Shown here in pieces: positions 53,044 to 62,424 of a stretch of DNA of 64,000 nt (the first letter of the stretch is position 1; each line of letters opens with the position of its first letter). The position numbers and the translations under genes were made by a program. This DNA is from a virus (lineage: Duplodnaviria > Caudoviricetes), in IMG/VR virus record IMGVR_UViG_3300044267_003893, positions 22,071 to 86,070 of that record, one strand, 5' to 3'. The notes beneath the pieces were generated by a model. The model did no database searches and was not told the DNA's origin. It was given only the letters and a program-made list of their open reading frames with translations.

Positions 53044-55233
53044 TTATTTTATGTTTTTAAATGGAGACTTTTTAAATTTAGTTTTTCCAAGTCTTTTACT
53101 TCTTCCTAAATTTTTAAAAGGCCTACTAGATAATTTATACATTTTTTGTGATTTTTCCAAGCTATCCTTAGACTTATCTTCTTCTTTACGCTTTAAATAA
53201 CCTCTATTAGCTTGTTGTAATCTTGCAAATGCTATTAATGCAGAAAATGCTACAAGTCTATCTACATTCAATCCTGGGAAATATTGCATCATTTCTGTTA
53301 ATAACATTTTGTCAGGAATTCTTTCAACTCCTAATGTTGTTTTTATTATGTTTCCATGTTCATCTGTGTCCTGATATATCTCTTCTCTAACAAATTCTAT
53401 AGCGTATGAAACAAGATGATTTTTAAATAATACTCCTGTATTTTTCCATCCATATTCTTGAAATACATTATTATTTGATCCAAGATCTTTTAGAAATACT
53501 ATTTGTTGTTTTGGTACTAAATATTTTTGTTTTTTTCTAGCTATCATATGTTGAATAAAAAGAGATATATTATTTTCAACTAATGTCCAAGCATTATACC
53601 ATTCTATTATAAGTTCTAGTTGTTCATGTGTTTTATTTATATCATCATATCTACCACACCAAGAAGCTACAATTTTATCACCTTCTATAAATGTTTCTAA
53701 CCCTTCTTTAGTTTGTCTAGTTACTTCTATTGGATTTTTATAAACAAATATACTACATAAAGAATCTGATGTAGTTGTTTTACCTTCTGATACAGGGTCA
53801 ATAGATGCATAGTACATGCTAAAGCTTGGATTTTTTACAGGCTTTTCCCATACAACTAATGATCCAGTTTTATCTTCCATTTTTTTATTTACAGGAAATG
53901 TAGATATAGGAAGTTTACTTGTTTTACTTGCTTTAATCCCACTACTAGTTCTTTCAAGTTTTACAAATTCATATGCGTATTCTTTTTCATCAATTCTTCT
54001 AAGTTGTTTAGATATTACAGCTTGTGGAAATATTGCCTCTTTTCTATAAGCAAATGCTTCAGCAATATCTATTGGTTTTTGAGATATTCTTAATTGATAC
54101 TGTTCTGGAGTTAAATCTTTTTTCCATTGAGCTCTTTCTTCTTTTATAGCATTTAAAGCTTGCTCAATTAATGTATTACCATATTTATCAATATGAGGAG
54201 GCATAGACCATTGCTCTGGAATAAATAATCCACAAGCACCTATGGTTCCTTTATCATCCATTAAATTTGTTTCTACAGCATATATATCATTTCCTTGTGG
54301 ATTTAATATCATTTGTTTTAATGGCTCACATTGATCAAGATCACCCACTGATCCTGCCGCAATAAACATACCTGTAGTCATCATACCTGATGTCATTGCT
54401 GGTCTAATATATTCAAATGTTTGATCCATCTTTGGAGCAATACCAGCTTCTTCATGAAAGAAGTAAGTACATGGTCCACCAACACCAGTAGTTGGATTTT
54501 TCTCAAAGGAAGCACCTTGTATTTTAGACATAAGACCTTTATTAGTCTTTCTATTATTTATTCTAACCTCAATCTTTTGTTCCCATAATAAAACTTTTTC
54601 TGGAGTACAAGGTCTATACCAAGCAGTATGTTCATTAAGAAAAGTTTTATATTCATCTAAAAATTTCCAAGATCCTTTATCATTTATATAATCTTTAAGT
54701 GATGCACCTATTTTACAAATAGACCCTTCTTCAAACCAAAATTGGTTTAAGCATTTAGCCATATGAAAATAGGATGAAGCTATTTGACGTTTTTTAAGAA
54801 TAGCTGCATGTCTATGATGTAATTCTGCTAATAATTCATATAATGCCATATGATATTGAGCATCTCTTACTTTAGCAAATCCATAATGTTTTTCTTCTTT
54901 ATCAAAAATAGGTAAGAAATTTAACCACATGTAATAATCTCTTGTAAGATAAAATATATTTTTTTCACCATAGAATATTGCACCTTCTCTACATTTTTCT
55001 TTTTCAAGATTCCAATATTTAATATAATCTTTAGATCTAAAAGGTTTATTACAATAAAACCCTTGATCATTAAATATATTAGCTTGCTCATTAAATAACA
55101 AGGCAGTCTCATCAAATTGATACTGCCCTGGTTCTTTAAAAAGTGTTAAAATAAAATTAGTAAAATCTTCTTTTGTTTCAAATTCCTTATAATCCCATTT
55201 ATCATCTTTATATGTAGGAATTTTTTTATACAT
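53044..55233 (-). CDS. terL: Terminase large subunit
   Basis: Walker A-like LKKRQIASS, Walker B-like FFHEEAG, and RNase H-like nuclease motif SIDPV; upstream of portal. Confidence 0.92.
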   Translation of the reverse strand: MYKKIPTYKDDKWDYKEFETKEDFTNFILTLFKEPGQYQFDETALLFNEQANIFNDQGFYCNKPFRSKDYIKYWNLEKEKCREGAIFYGEKNIFYLTRDYYMWLNFLPIFDKEEKHYGFAKVRDAQYHMALYELLAELHHRHAAILKKRQIASSYFHMAKCLNQFWFEEGSICKIGASLKDYINDKGSWKFLDEYKTFLNEHTAWYRPCTPEKVLLWEQKIEVRINNRKTNKGLMSKIQGASFEKNPTTGVGGPCTYFFHEEAGIAPKMDQTFEYIRPAMTSGMMTTGMFIAAGSVGDLDQCEPLKQMILNPQGNDIYAVETNLMDDKGTIGACGLFIPEQWSMPPHIDKYGNTLIEQALNAIKEERAQWKKDLTPEQYQLRISQKPIDIAEAFAYRKEAIFPQAVISKQLRRIDEKEYAYEFVKLERTSSGIKASKTSKLPISTFPVNKKMEDKTGSLVVWEKPVKNPSFSMYYASIDPVSEGKTTTSDSLCSIFVYKNPIEVTRQTKEGLETFIEGDKIVASWCGRYDDINKTHEQLELIIEWYNAWTLVENNISLFIQHMIARKKQKYLVPKQQIVFLKDLGSNNNVFQEYGWKNTGVLFKNHLVSYAIEFVREEIYQDTDEHGNIIKTTLGVERIPDKMLLTEMMQYFPGLNVDRLVAFSALIAFARLQQANRGYLKRKEEDKSKDSLEKSQKMYKLSSRPFKNLGRSKRLGKTKFKKSPFKNIK

Positions 55234-55525
55234 GCTTTAATTTACATACTACAGCATCAGTATGTAATAATATATGCTTTTCACCCTGATGTATAAATTC
55301 TTTATCTTCAATAGACATGTTTATAACCCATTGTATAAAATCTCCAACTTCAATACCTTCTACATCAGGTCCTGCAGCAACTACAGTACCTTGAGGTTTT
55401 TGTTGTACTTGAGAATCAGGAAGTATAATTCCTGAATTTGTTTGTTCTACTTTTTCTACTGGTTTAATTAAAATTCTTTTACCAATAGGTATTACTTCAT
55501 AATTTTCAATATTTTCTTTTATCAT
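55226..55525 (-). CDS. groES: Co-chaperonin GroES (Cpn10)
   Basis: PIGKRILIKP...TNSGIILPDS...PQGTVVAAGP...VGD matches the Cpn10 signature, including the GIIL mobile loop. Confidence 0.92.
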   Translation of the reverse strand: MIKENIENYEVIPIGKRILIKPVEKVEQTNSGIILPDSQVQQKPQGTVVAAGPDVEGIEVGDFIQWVINMSIEDKEFIHQGEKHILLHTDAVVCKLKHV

Positions 55526-55536
55526 AGTTTTTAAAT

Positions 55537-56055
55537 TTATAGTTGATCATAAGCTAATCCCTGTCCACCACGGACAGAGCTTTGTTGTTCATTTTTCATA
55601 TCAGTATATGCTCCTTTAAATGATTGTCTAATTTGATCAAACTTAGCAGCAGTATTTACTAATGAAGTTAAATTTCCATCTCTACCATGTTCAATAGATG
55701 TGGTTTCCATATATCTAGCTAATCTATCAAGCATTGTTTTAATTCCTTTATATGCTCTATAGGTAGGAGTTTGATACATATCTTTACAAATATCAAGAGC
55801 TTGTCTTATTTCTCCATCTTCTGTAGATTCTTCTAATTCTATCTCTTCTATAATCATATCTTCTTTTTCATGCTCAGGCATATTGAAAAAAGGATTCATA
55901 TCTGGATCTGGACATGTCATATAAAATATATATTGATATACAGATAAATATGTATCTGGATATTTATCCATTATTTTCTTTAAAGACTTTAATGTATAAC
56001 AATGTTCACTAGGAACAACTTTACCATTTTGTATATCAAATAATTTTACTAACAT
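55537..56055 (-). CDS. Conserved hypothetical protein
   Basis: 172-aa ORF that overlaps the upstream gene; no recognisable motif. Confidence 0.55.
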   Translation of the reverse strand: MLVKLFDIQNGKVVPSEHCYTLKSLKKIMDKYPDTYLSVYQYIFYMTCPDPDMNPFFNMPEHEKEDMIIEEIELEESTEDGEIRQALDICKDMYQTPTYRAYKGIKTMLDRLARYMETTSIEHGRDGNLTSLVNTAAKFDQIRQSFKGAYTDMKNEQQSSVRGGQGLAYDQL

Positions 56056-56879
56056 ATTGGATTATCTTTTAACCACATCATAAGACTTTGTATTTCATCT
56101 TTTAAATATGGTAATTCATATATAATTACTTCTTTTACAACAGGTTCTCCATTTACATATTTACTTATAGGATATCCATATTTATCTTTACCCTCTTCTT
56201 CAAATATTACATGTTGTATTTTTAAATCTCCAACTTTAAGTTTAGGATTATGTTTTTTAATAATATAAGCATATAAACTTAATTGTAAGTTATAATGTTT
56301 AAGATTACAATCATCTAAATGACTAACAGGATTATACATTTTAGAAACAATACCTTCCCAATTTTTAAATCCTTTTTTCTTTATTTCTTTATTAGTTTTA
56401 TAATCAAGAATATTTATTTTACCATTTACTATACTAACAAGATCTGCTTGTCCACATAAACCAGCAGATTTTAAATAAACAAAATGTTCTGGATAAACAC
56501 CATCTTTTAATTTTTGTTCTGGTGCAATTTTAATTCCGTTTTTATCAGTAATAGGTTCTATTATTGGAACTTCTACACCATCTCTTTCTATTGTAGAAAA
56601 CTCTAATAATCTTTTTTCTCTTTCATCATGATACCAATTACCTAATTTAATAGCTCTTTCAGATTCTTTATTCCAAATTTCTAATATTTCTTTTGGAGGT
56701 ATTTTATACCATTTAGATCTTTTATTTTTAGATGATTTTTTTGATTGTGCTTCTGCATCAAATTTTGGTTTAAACATACCTACAAATGATGTAACACTTG
56801 TCCACTTAATTTGATCTTTTTCAAGATTTTCATCAAGTGTTTCATAAACATGACCATCTGATTTAAATATTACTGGCAT
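56049..56879 (-). CDS. PD-(D/E)XK family nuclease
   Basis: CGQADLV...ILDYKTN motif and a downstream YNLQLSLY. Confidence 0.85.
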   Translation of the reverse strand: MPVIFKSDGHVYETLDENLEKDQIKWTSVTSFVGMFKPKFDAEAQSKKSSKNKRSKWYKIPPKEILEIWNKESERAIKLGNWYHDEREKRLLEFSTIERDGVEVPIIEPITDKNGIKIAPEQKLKDGVYPEHFVYLKSAGLCGQADLVSIVNGKINILDYKTNKEIKKKGFKNWEGIVSKMYNPVSHLDDCNLKHYNLQLSLYAYIIKKHNPKLKVGDLKIQHVIFEEEGKDKYGYPISKYVNGEPVVKEVIIYELPYLKDEIQSLMMWLKDNPIC

Positions 56880-57234
56880 CTTTTTTGTTTTTATTTTTCT
56901 CTTTTATTTTTTCATTTCTGCTTTCTAAGATTTGTTGTTTAATCTTTTTTTCTCCCTCCTTATTAACAACAGCTGTCCAACGTCCTTTTGGACAACTAGA
57001 TGATAAAGCTCTTAATTTAAGACCTAAACTACATCCACAATCTGCACAACATGGTTGTGTAGTAGGTACTGCACACTTATCTCCTTTTTCATCTAATGAA
57101 GGACAATTTAAACATTGCATCCATCTAATATCTGCAATTTGTTCAACATCATCCTTTTTAAAAATTTTATTTTTTACACCCTCCATAATTTTATCCATAT
57201 TATTGAAGGCTCCAATAATTTTATTCCACTTCAT
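56863..57234 (-). CDS. Small Cys-rich (Zn-finger-like) protein
   Basis: CLNCP...C.....CC..CGC......R.....CPKGRW pattern. Confidence 0.65.
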   Translation of the reverse strand: MKWNKIIGAFNNMDKIMEGVKNKIFKKDDVEQIADIRWMQCLNCPSLDEKGDKCAVPTTQPCCADCGCSLGLKLRALSSSCPKGRWTAVVNKEGEKKIKQQILESRNEKIKEKNKNKKDASNI

Positions 57235-57580
57235 TTTTAAAGTCTTTTTTTTGTTGTATTTTTTTATTTAACATATTTAAAGCATTTTCCATTTGCTTTA
57301 ATTTATTTTTAACAGGTACATATTTATCATATCCTTTATATGTCATTTTTTCAAGATTACCTATTATATCTTTGTTCTTTTTTATATTTTTTTCTAATCT
57401 TTTTTTTCTTAATATAAAAGTTCCTAATCCTGCAACATTAATGTGTGTATCTTTTAAATCAGATAAACTTTTCCTTAGCTTACCATAATAAAATGTTACT
57501 AAATCATCAACTACATCTTTATGTACATCTATCTCTTCTGCAACATCTTTAAAAAAAGATTTATGATTCTTAGGCTTCAA
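57221..57580 (-). CDS. HU/IHF-like DNA-binding protein
   Basis: FFKDVAEEIDVHKDVVDDLVTFYYGKLRKSL...INVAGLGTF matches the HU fold signature. Confidence 0.75.
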   Translation of the reverse strand: MKPKNHKSFFKDVAEEIDVHKDVVDDLVTFYYGKLRKSLSDLKDTHINVAGLGTFILRKKRLEKNIKKNKDIIGNLEKMTYKGYDKYVPVKNKLKQMENALNMLNKKIQQKKDFKNEVE

Positions 57581-57932
57581 CTCCTAAAATTTTATAATCT
57601 AATAAAATAGTTCCTTCTGTTTGAACATTCATATCAACATTTATACTAATGGTTTTTTTATTAGATCCGTTTTTAATAATTAATTTTTTCTTTTCTGCTT
57701 TTGTTAAGGCATTTCTACAAGATTGTGCACTTTTAAAAATTCCTTTTTTTGATATATCTTCACAAAATAATGTTAACTCTTTAGTTCCACATTTTGCTAA
57801 TTCAGATAAACATTCAAGATCTGAATTACTTATTTGTATATCATTTAGAAAGCAATGAGTAAGGATTTGATATTTAATAACATCATCCTTACTCATCTTA
57901 ACTTTCTTATTTACTTTATTAACTATAGCCAT
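57570..57932 (-). CDS. Hypothetical protein (possible winged helix)
   Basis: 120 aa overlapping both neighbours; helix-helix-helix-strand pattern (SAQSCRNALTKAEKKKLIIK). Confidence 0.5.
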   Translation of the reverse strand: MAIVNKVNKKVKMSKDDVIKYQILTHCFLNDIQISNSDLECLSELAKCGTKELTLFCEDISKKGIFKSAQSCRNALTKAEKKKLIIKNGSNKKTISINVDMNVQTEGTILLDYKILGVEA

Positions 57933-58576
57933 GAAGTTAATATTTTATTACTTTCTAGTAATGTATAAGTAAATCTATTTCCCCAAGTATTTCTAGCTTT
58001 TCTACATATACTCATAAATTCTCTCCAGTCATTATTAGCTGCAATTACTTGGCAACCTGCTGACCATTTATCTACTTGCGTAGATTTTTTATTAGCATAT
58101 TTAGTGGCTCTATGAATATTAATTCCAAATAAACCAGTTTGTACAGATTCTTCATAAAGATTATACCATTGATCACGGTTATCATCTCTATATACTGAAA
58201 CAGGTCTATCTTGTCCTAATGCTTCATATCTACCTTGGTGTTTTCTAATAATATGACTTCCTTTATATTGACCAGGTTTAAGTATAGCTACACCCTCTTT
58301 TCTCATTATATTTTCTACCCAATGAGTTCCTGGATCTGTAGTACAATCATAACAATGAAAATGCCATGTACCACCTTTGCCATTTTTATCAGTTCCTGTC
58401 TTATATGATAAAGTTATCTTATCATCAAATCTGTTAGTAACTTCAGTGCCAGACTCAGAATTTCTAATTCCTACAATGTTAAGGTTATAATCACCTTTTT
58501 CAAACCATGCATAATCAGTCATCTGCTTTATAGTCTGCTCTATCTGTTCTCTTGTAACTTTAATTTCTTTAATCAT
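57923..58576 (-). CDS. Putative endolysin, L,D-transpeptidase (YkuD)-like catalytic fold
   Basis: NIVGIR...FDD...TTDPG...LKPGQY...GINIHRA...WSAGCQV, with the H...S-x-G-C catalytic pattern. Confidence 0.65.
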   Translation of the reverse strand: MIKEIKVTREQIEQTIKQMTDYAWFEKGDYNLNIVGIRNSESGTEVTNRFDDKITLSYKTGTDKNGKGGTWHFHCYDCTTDPGTHWVENIMRKEGVAILKPGQYKGSHIIRKHQGRYEALGQDRPVSVYRDDNRDQWYNLYEESVQTGLFGINIHRATKYANKKSTQVDKWSAGCQVIAANNDWREFMSICRKARNTWGNRFTYTLLESNKILTSWL

Positions 58577-58904
58577 TACTTTCAGTTTTTTTTAGAGTTC
58601 TTTTTTTACTTTCAGGTTTAGCAGGCTCTAGTTTAGTTACACGTGATTCCATATTTGGTGTAGGAGGAGCAGGAGCCTTTACACCTTCAGGTGGTGTAGC
58701 TGCCATTTTAGTCATAAAAGCTTGTGCTTGCATTCTTTCAGCACGACACTTTTCAATGTCTTTAAGTAAATTTTCATACTCTAATTGAGTTTTTAAATGT
58801 GGAATATGATCAGAATAATAATTTGTGATCTCATCCCTTTTTGCAGTTAACTCTTCTTGTGAAAGTTCAACTGCTTCTTTTGGATTTTCTTTTTTATCCG
58901 CCAT
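58569..58904 (-). CDS. Hypothetical protein (coiled coil plus Pro-rich tail)
   Basis: 111-aa ORF with an upstream promoter-like motif. Confidence 0.55.
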   Translation of the reverse strand: MADKKENPKEAVELSQEELTAKRDEITNYYSDHIPHLKTQLEYENLLKDIEKCRAERMQAQAFMTKMAATPPEGVKAPAPPTPNMESRVTKLEPAKPESKKRTLKKTESND

Positions 58905-58934
58905 GATTTTTAAATTTTAAAATTAATAACTAGG

Positions 58935-58947
58935 CAAATATATAAAA
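58935..58947 (-). promoter_or_regulatory. TTTTATATATTTG, containing the Bacteroidota -7 consensus TAnnTTTG
   Basis: Upstream of the 58904 start. Confidence 0.6.
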
Positions 58948-58987
58948 AAAGTTTAAATAAAAGAAGTTTATTGAAAAAATTTATTTT

Positions 58988-59332
58988 TTAAGATTCTATA
59001 TTAGCATTTTGATTTGATAATTCAGTCTTTGTAATCCAGCTAACAGCATATGCAGAATTATCTAATGCTAATAAAAGATCATATTCATCTGGATATTCAA
59101 ACGGTGTATCAAATAGATCTACAGTATATCCTTTTTTTATTAAAAAACTTTTTAATATTTCTACTGTAGTTGTTGAACTATGTAATTTGATAGTAACATA
59201 TATATCAGTTGTATCTATATTACTTATTTTACAAGAATGTACTTTATAGGTAAATCCATTATTTGTTCTAGCATGTCCTATTAATTGGTTATCTGTATTA
59301 CCTGTATGATTCTGTTTTATATTATATATCAT
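58988..59332 (-). CDS. Putative small virion structural protein
   Basis: 114-aa all-beta pattern, adjacent to the fibre-like gene. Confidence 0.45.
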   Translation of the reverse strand: MIYNIKQNHTGNTDNQLIGHARTNNGFTYKVHSCKISNIDTTDIYVTIKLHSSTTTVEILKSFLIKKGYTVDLFDTPFEYPDEYDLLLALDNSAYAVSWITKTELSNQNANIES

Positions 59333-59336
59333 AATT

Positions 59337-60461
59337 TTAAGTCTTTATAAGAATTAGTTTACCTCCAAAAAAGAAATCTCTTGATTCACCTACAATTAAT
59401 TTTATTGAAATAGTTTTTGTTCCATCTCCAACAACATTTGAAGAAAAAGTACAAACACTACCTACTGCAGTAGCACTTCCTCTAGATGTTACTGTTGATG
59501 CATTTAATGCACTTTCAAATGGTTGAAATGTATTAGTTCCAGTATCTCCATATATAACACAACTAGTGGCAGTAAATCCAAGAGGTATAACTTTCTCTAT
59601 AAAACCTGATTGGCCACTATGAGAAGCCCATTCACCTCCACTTAAACCTTCCATACCCCATGCACACGCCCCTCTAGCATCTGACATTCCTTGAAAATCA
59701 GTGGCAGTAATAGGAATATAATATACACTACTCACATATTGTATATCTCCTATATTACCACCTCTATATAACCCCGTTGTATTTACATAATTAGTTGCAG
59801 CTCCTACCTCTAATTGTATATTTGCCGCAGAATCTAATGTAACTGTTGTTCCAGCTAATTCTATAGTTCCAGAACGTGAAATTATACCACTTGATATACT
59901 TGTATCTTCAGCTGTGATAGCACTACTACCAGTTCCAGATAATATAGCATTATCAGTTAAAGAAGTTGCTCCTGTTCCTCCATCACCTACTGCTAATGTT
60001 CCTGTAATACTAGAAGCTCCTAAATCCATTGATAATTCTGTAGAATCTATAACTATTCCACTATCTGCTTTAATATCTGCACTAAATGTAGTACCAGAAA
60101 GATCTAAACCATCTCCAGCTGAATATGTAGTATTAGTATCTGTAGCATTAATAGTAACTGTTCTACCTGAAACAGCTGTTGTTACATTTGTACCCCCAGT
60201 AAATGTAAATGTTCCTGAACTTGTAATTGCTGTACCTGATCCAGAATCTGCTGCAGGTGTTATAGAAGTTACAGTACCACTACCTGAAGCATTAGTAGTC
60301 CAAGTTAAAACACCATTACCATCAGTAGTTAGTACTTGTCCTGCAGTACCATCATCATTAGGTAAGGTTAATTCATAAGAGTATTGATTATCTGGAGGTG
60401 TAAGAAGAACTCCTCCAATTAAAAGATCACTAAATACAGGATGTTTTCCTATCCATTTCAT
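59337..60461 (-). CDS. Tail-fibre-like structural protein
   Basis: Phage fibre motifs LTLPNDDGTAGQVLTTDGNGVLTW, TTYSAGDGLDLSGTTFS and LAVGDGGTGATS; very rich in T/S/G. Confidence 0.65.
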   Translation of the reverse strand: MKWIGKHPVFSDLLIGGVLLTPPDNQYSYELTLPNDDGTAGQVLTTDGNGVLTWTTNASGSGTVTSITPAADSGSGTAITSSGTFTFTGGTNVTTAVSGRTVTINATDTNTTYSAGDGLDLSGTTFSADIKADSGIVIDSTELSMDLGASSITGTLAVGDGGTGATSLTDNAILSGTGSSAITAEDTSISSGIISRSGTIELAGTTVTLDSAANIQLEVGAATNYVNTTGLYRGGNIGDIQYVSSVYYIPITATDFQGMSDARGACAWGMEGLSGGEWASHSGQSGFIEKVIPLGFTATSCVIYGDTGTNTFQPFESALNASTVTSRGSATAVGSVCTFSSNVVGDGTKTISIKLIVGESRDFFFGGKLILIKT

Positions 60462-60473
60462 ATTTTTTATTTT

Positions 60474-60983
60474 TTAACAATCTGGACATGGAGTTACAGA
60501 TCCTGGTATTCCCATAGGTTCACCATCAATATCATAACAACCTATAATATCTAAAACAGGGCTAACTTCAGTGGGATTTGGACCTTCCCATGCATATGCT
60601 ATATTATTAGGATCAAGTTTACAAGCTTCTTCTATATGACATGTATATGCAGAATTATAATTCCAATCAGAAGGATTTGTACAACCATAACAACAATTAG
60701 GATTACCTTTCCAACCTTCTGTTAAATAATCTGTTCCATTTGCCCAACAATCACAATTTTCATTAGTTGTACTTGTTGTTGCAAAGAAAAAAGTTTCTGG
60801 TATATATTGAGCTACTGCTTGAGGTATTTCATTAAGTTCTGTATTGTATCCATCATTAAATCCACCCATGTCATTATAAGCTTGATTAAAAGCTTCTTGC
60901 CACTCAGGTTCACTATAATCTTCAGGTGCGGGTAAACCCTGAATCATAAGTGCTATATATTGATTTATTAAATCTTGATTCAT
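60474..60983 (-). CDS. Acidic Cys-containing protein with a GCTxP repeat
   Basis: 169 aa containing CCYGCTNPSDWNYNSAYTC. Confidence 0.5.
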   Translation of the reverse strand: MNQDLINQYIALMIQGLPAPEDYSEPEWQEAFNQAYNDMGGFNDGYNTELNEIPQAVAQYIPETFFFATTSTTNENCDCWANGTDYLTEGWKGNPNCCYGCTNPSDWNYNSAYTCHIEEACKLDPNNIAYAWEGPNPTEVSPVLDIIGCYDIDGEPMGIPGSVTPCPDC

Positions 60984-61195
60984 TACTTCTTAGCAAATTT
61001 TTCAATACCACTAATACCAAAGCATCCTAATACAACCCATACAAATGAATCATATACAAACTCGTTTATTACTAAATCATAACCATACCAGCCAGTTGCT
61101 AGATCAGCCATCATTATTACACACATTATTACAAAGGCTACAAAGCCTATGATTGATTTTTCATTCCAATCATTATTATCTTTAAATATATTCAT
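60983..61195 (-). CDS. Small two-TM membrane protein, holin candidate
   Basis: 70 aa with two hydrophobic helices and a basic C-terminus (EKFAKK). Confidence 0.5.
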   Translation of the reverse strand: MNIFKDNNDWNEKSIIGFVAFVIMCVIMMADLATGWYGYDLVINEFVYDSFVWVVLGCFGISGIEKFAKK

Positions 61196-61198
61196 TGT

Positions 61199-61627
61199 TT
61201 ATCTTACTTTTATTCTTCTTTTTCTTCCTTTAGGTTTTCTCCCAGTAACTGTTGGGATTCTTATTCTTTTTTCACTAGTTATATCACCATTTATATCTCT
61301 ACTATTAAACATAGGGTTTATTTTTTTATTAAGTTCTTTAATATTAAAGTATCTTGTCATTGTCATTGCAGTATGCCAATTATAATTTCTTTTTAGTAAG
61401 TTAACTAAAATCTGTAAAAATTTTCTATGATATTTTTTACCTGTTCTTTTTATTTTAAGTTTTTTAGCTTTACTCAGCATACCAATACAAATTCCCATAT
61501 GTGAATTTTCACCTAAACAAACAGGATCTCTTCTAAGAGTAGATTTTTTTGATCTATCTCTAGGATATGATCTAGCTATTCCTTTACCTGTTGATCTTTT
61601 TCTTTTTGACTTATAAGGTGTACTCAT
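61199..61627 (-). CDS. Highly basic hypothetical protein
   Basis: 142 aa with about 42 K+R residues; fits the gap with 3-nt spacers on both sides. Confidence 0.5.
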   Translation of the reverse strand: MSTPYKSKRKRSTGKGIARSYPRDRSKKSTLRRDPVCLGENSHMGICIGMLSKAKKLKIKRTGKKYHRKFLQILVNLLKRNYNWHTAMTMTRYFNIKELNKKINPMFNSRDINGDITSEKRIRIPTVTGRKPKGRKRRIKVR

Positions 61628-61630
61628 ATA

Positions 61631-62011
61631 TTATATACTTTTACGTTTACCTCCGTTATATTCTACGGCATGACCTTCTTGTACGAGACAATCATTTACG
61701 CAAACTTTTGTTATTACATCTTTTCCTGCAATTTTATCTATTAGTAATCTACCAAGAACTCTACCATACTTACCAAGTTCTTGTGATTCTAATTCAAAGT
61801 GATTAGCAGCTCCATCTAACATTTCAATTAATCTTTCTTTTGCAGCCAATCCTAATTTCTTTTCAACCTTATTTCTAGTTCTAGACTCTGGTGCATTAAT
61901 GCCAGCAAGTCTTATTCTTTTTTTAATCTTAACATCAAAGCCAAGATCTATTTCTGCATCAATAGTGTCACCATCCACTACTCTGATACATTTTGCATTA
62001 TAATTATACAT
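61631..62011 (-). CDS. Thermonuclease (SNase-like) family protein
   Basis: RVVDGDTI...IRLAGINAPE...GKYGRVLG motifs. Confidence 0.9.
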   Translation of the reverse strand: MYNYNAKCIRVVDGDTIDAEIDLGFDVKIKKRIRLAGINAPESRTRNKVEKKLGLAAKERLIEMLDGAANHFELESQELGKYGRVLGRLLIDKIAGKDVITKVCVNDCLVQEGHAVEYNGGKRKSI

Positions 62012-62306
62012 AATTATCTAATATTTTTTTTAATTCTGCACACTTCTCATACTCCTCTTCATCTTCAAAATAATGAATTAGATCCTCTACGACTTGTTCA
62101 TCCCAACCATCACCTGGATCATAAATTAATATTGCTTGTTGACCAAAAGCACTTTTAACATTCATCAATTCTTCAAAAGTTATTTTTTTAGTTACAACTT
62201 TATACGAATTTTCAAACGCTTTCTGGACCATCATTTGTTCCATTTCATATTTTTCTGCTTCGCTTAATTCAGGAAGACGTTCTTCATTATGTTCTTGATC
62301 ACTCAT
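62004..62306 (-). CDS. Small acidic protein with a C-terminal UVR (UvrB/UvrC-like) motif
   Basis: LIHYFEDEEEYEKCAELKKILD. The start MSDQEH at 62306 is preferred over the track start at 62447 because a promoter-like motif lies at 62324-62336. Confidence 0.6.
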   Translation of the reverse strand: MSDQEHNEERLPELSEAEKYEMEQMMVQKAFENSYKVVTKKITFEELMNVKSAFGQQAILIYDPGDGWDEQVVEDLIHYFEDEEEYEKCAELKKILDNYV

Positions 62307-62323
62307 ATTATTTAAAATTTTTG

Positions 62324-62336
62324 CTAATATATAAAA
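62324..62336 (-). promoter_or_regulatory. Variant motif TTTTATATATTAG
   Basis: 18 nt upstream of the ATG at 62306. Confidence 0.55.
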
Positions 62337-62424
62337 AATAAATGAAGAGTGAGGACTTGTTGCTATGTGATAACAAGATTGGGCCCGACCAACAGAGGTC
62401 CCCATAATCTTCAAAAAAAAAATA

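Noticed and set aside
53044-55233. Intein or intron in the terminase (729 aa)
   Set aside because: No C/S...HN splice motifs or LAGLIDADG/HNH domain were seen; the extra length is an N-terminal extension.
2367-60378. Numerous short plus-strand ORFs (60-154 aa) and small alternative-frame minus-strand ORFs in the track
   Set aside because: They lie antisense to or nested within long minus-strand genes and have the Leu/Ile/Phe-rich composition typical of shadow frames in AT-rich DNA.
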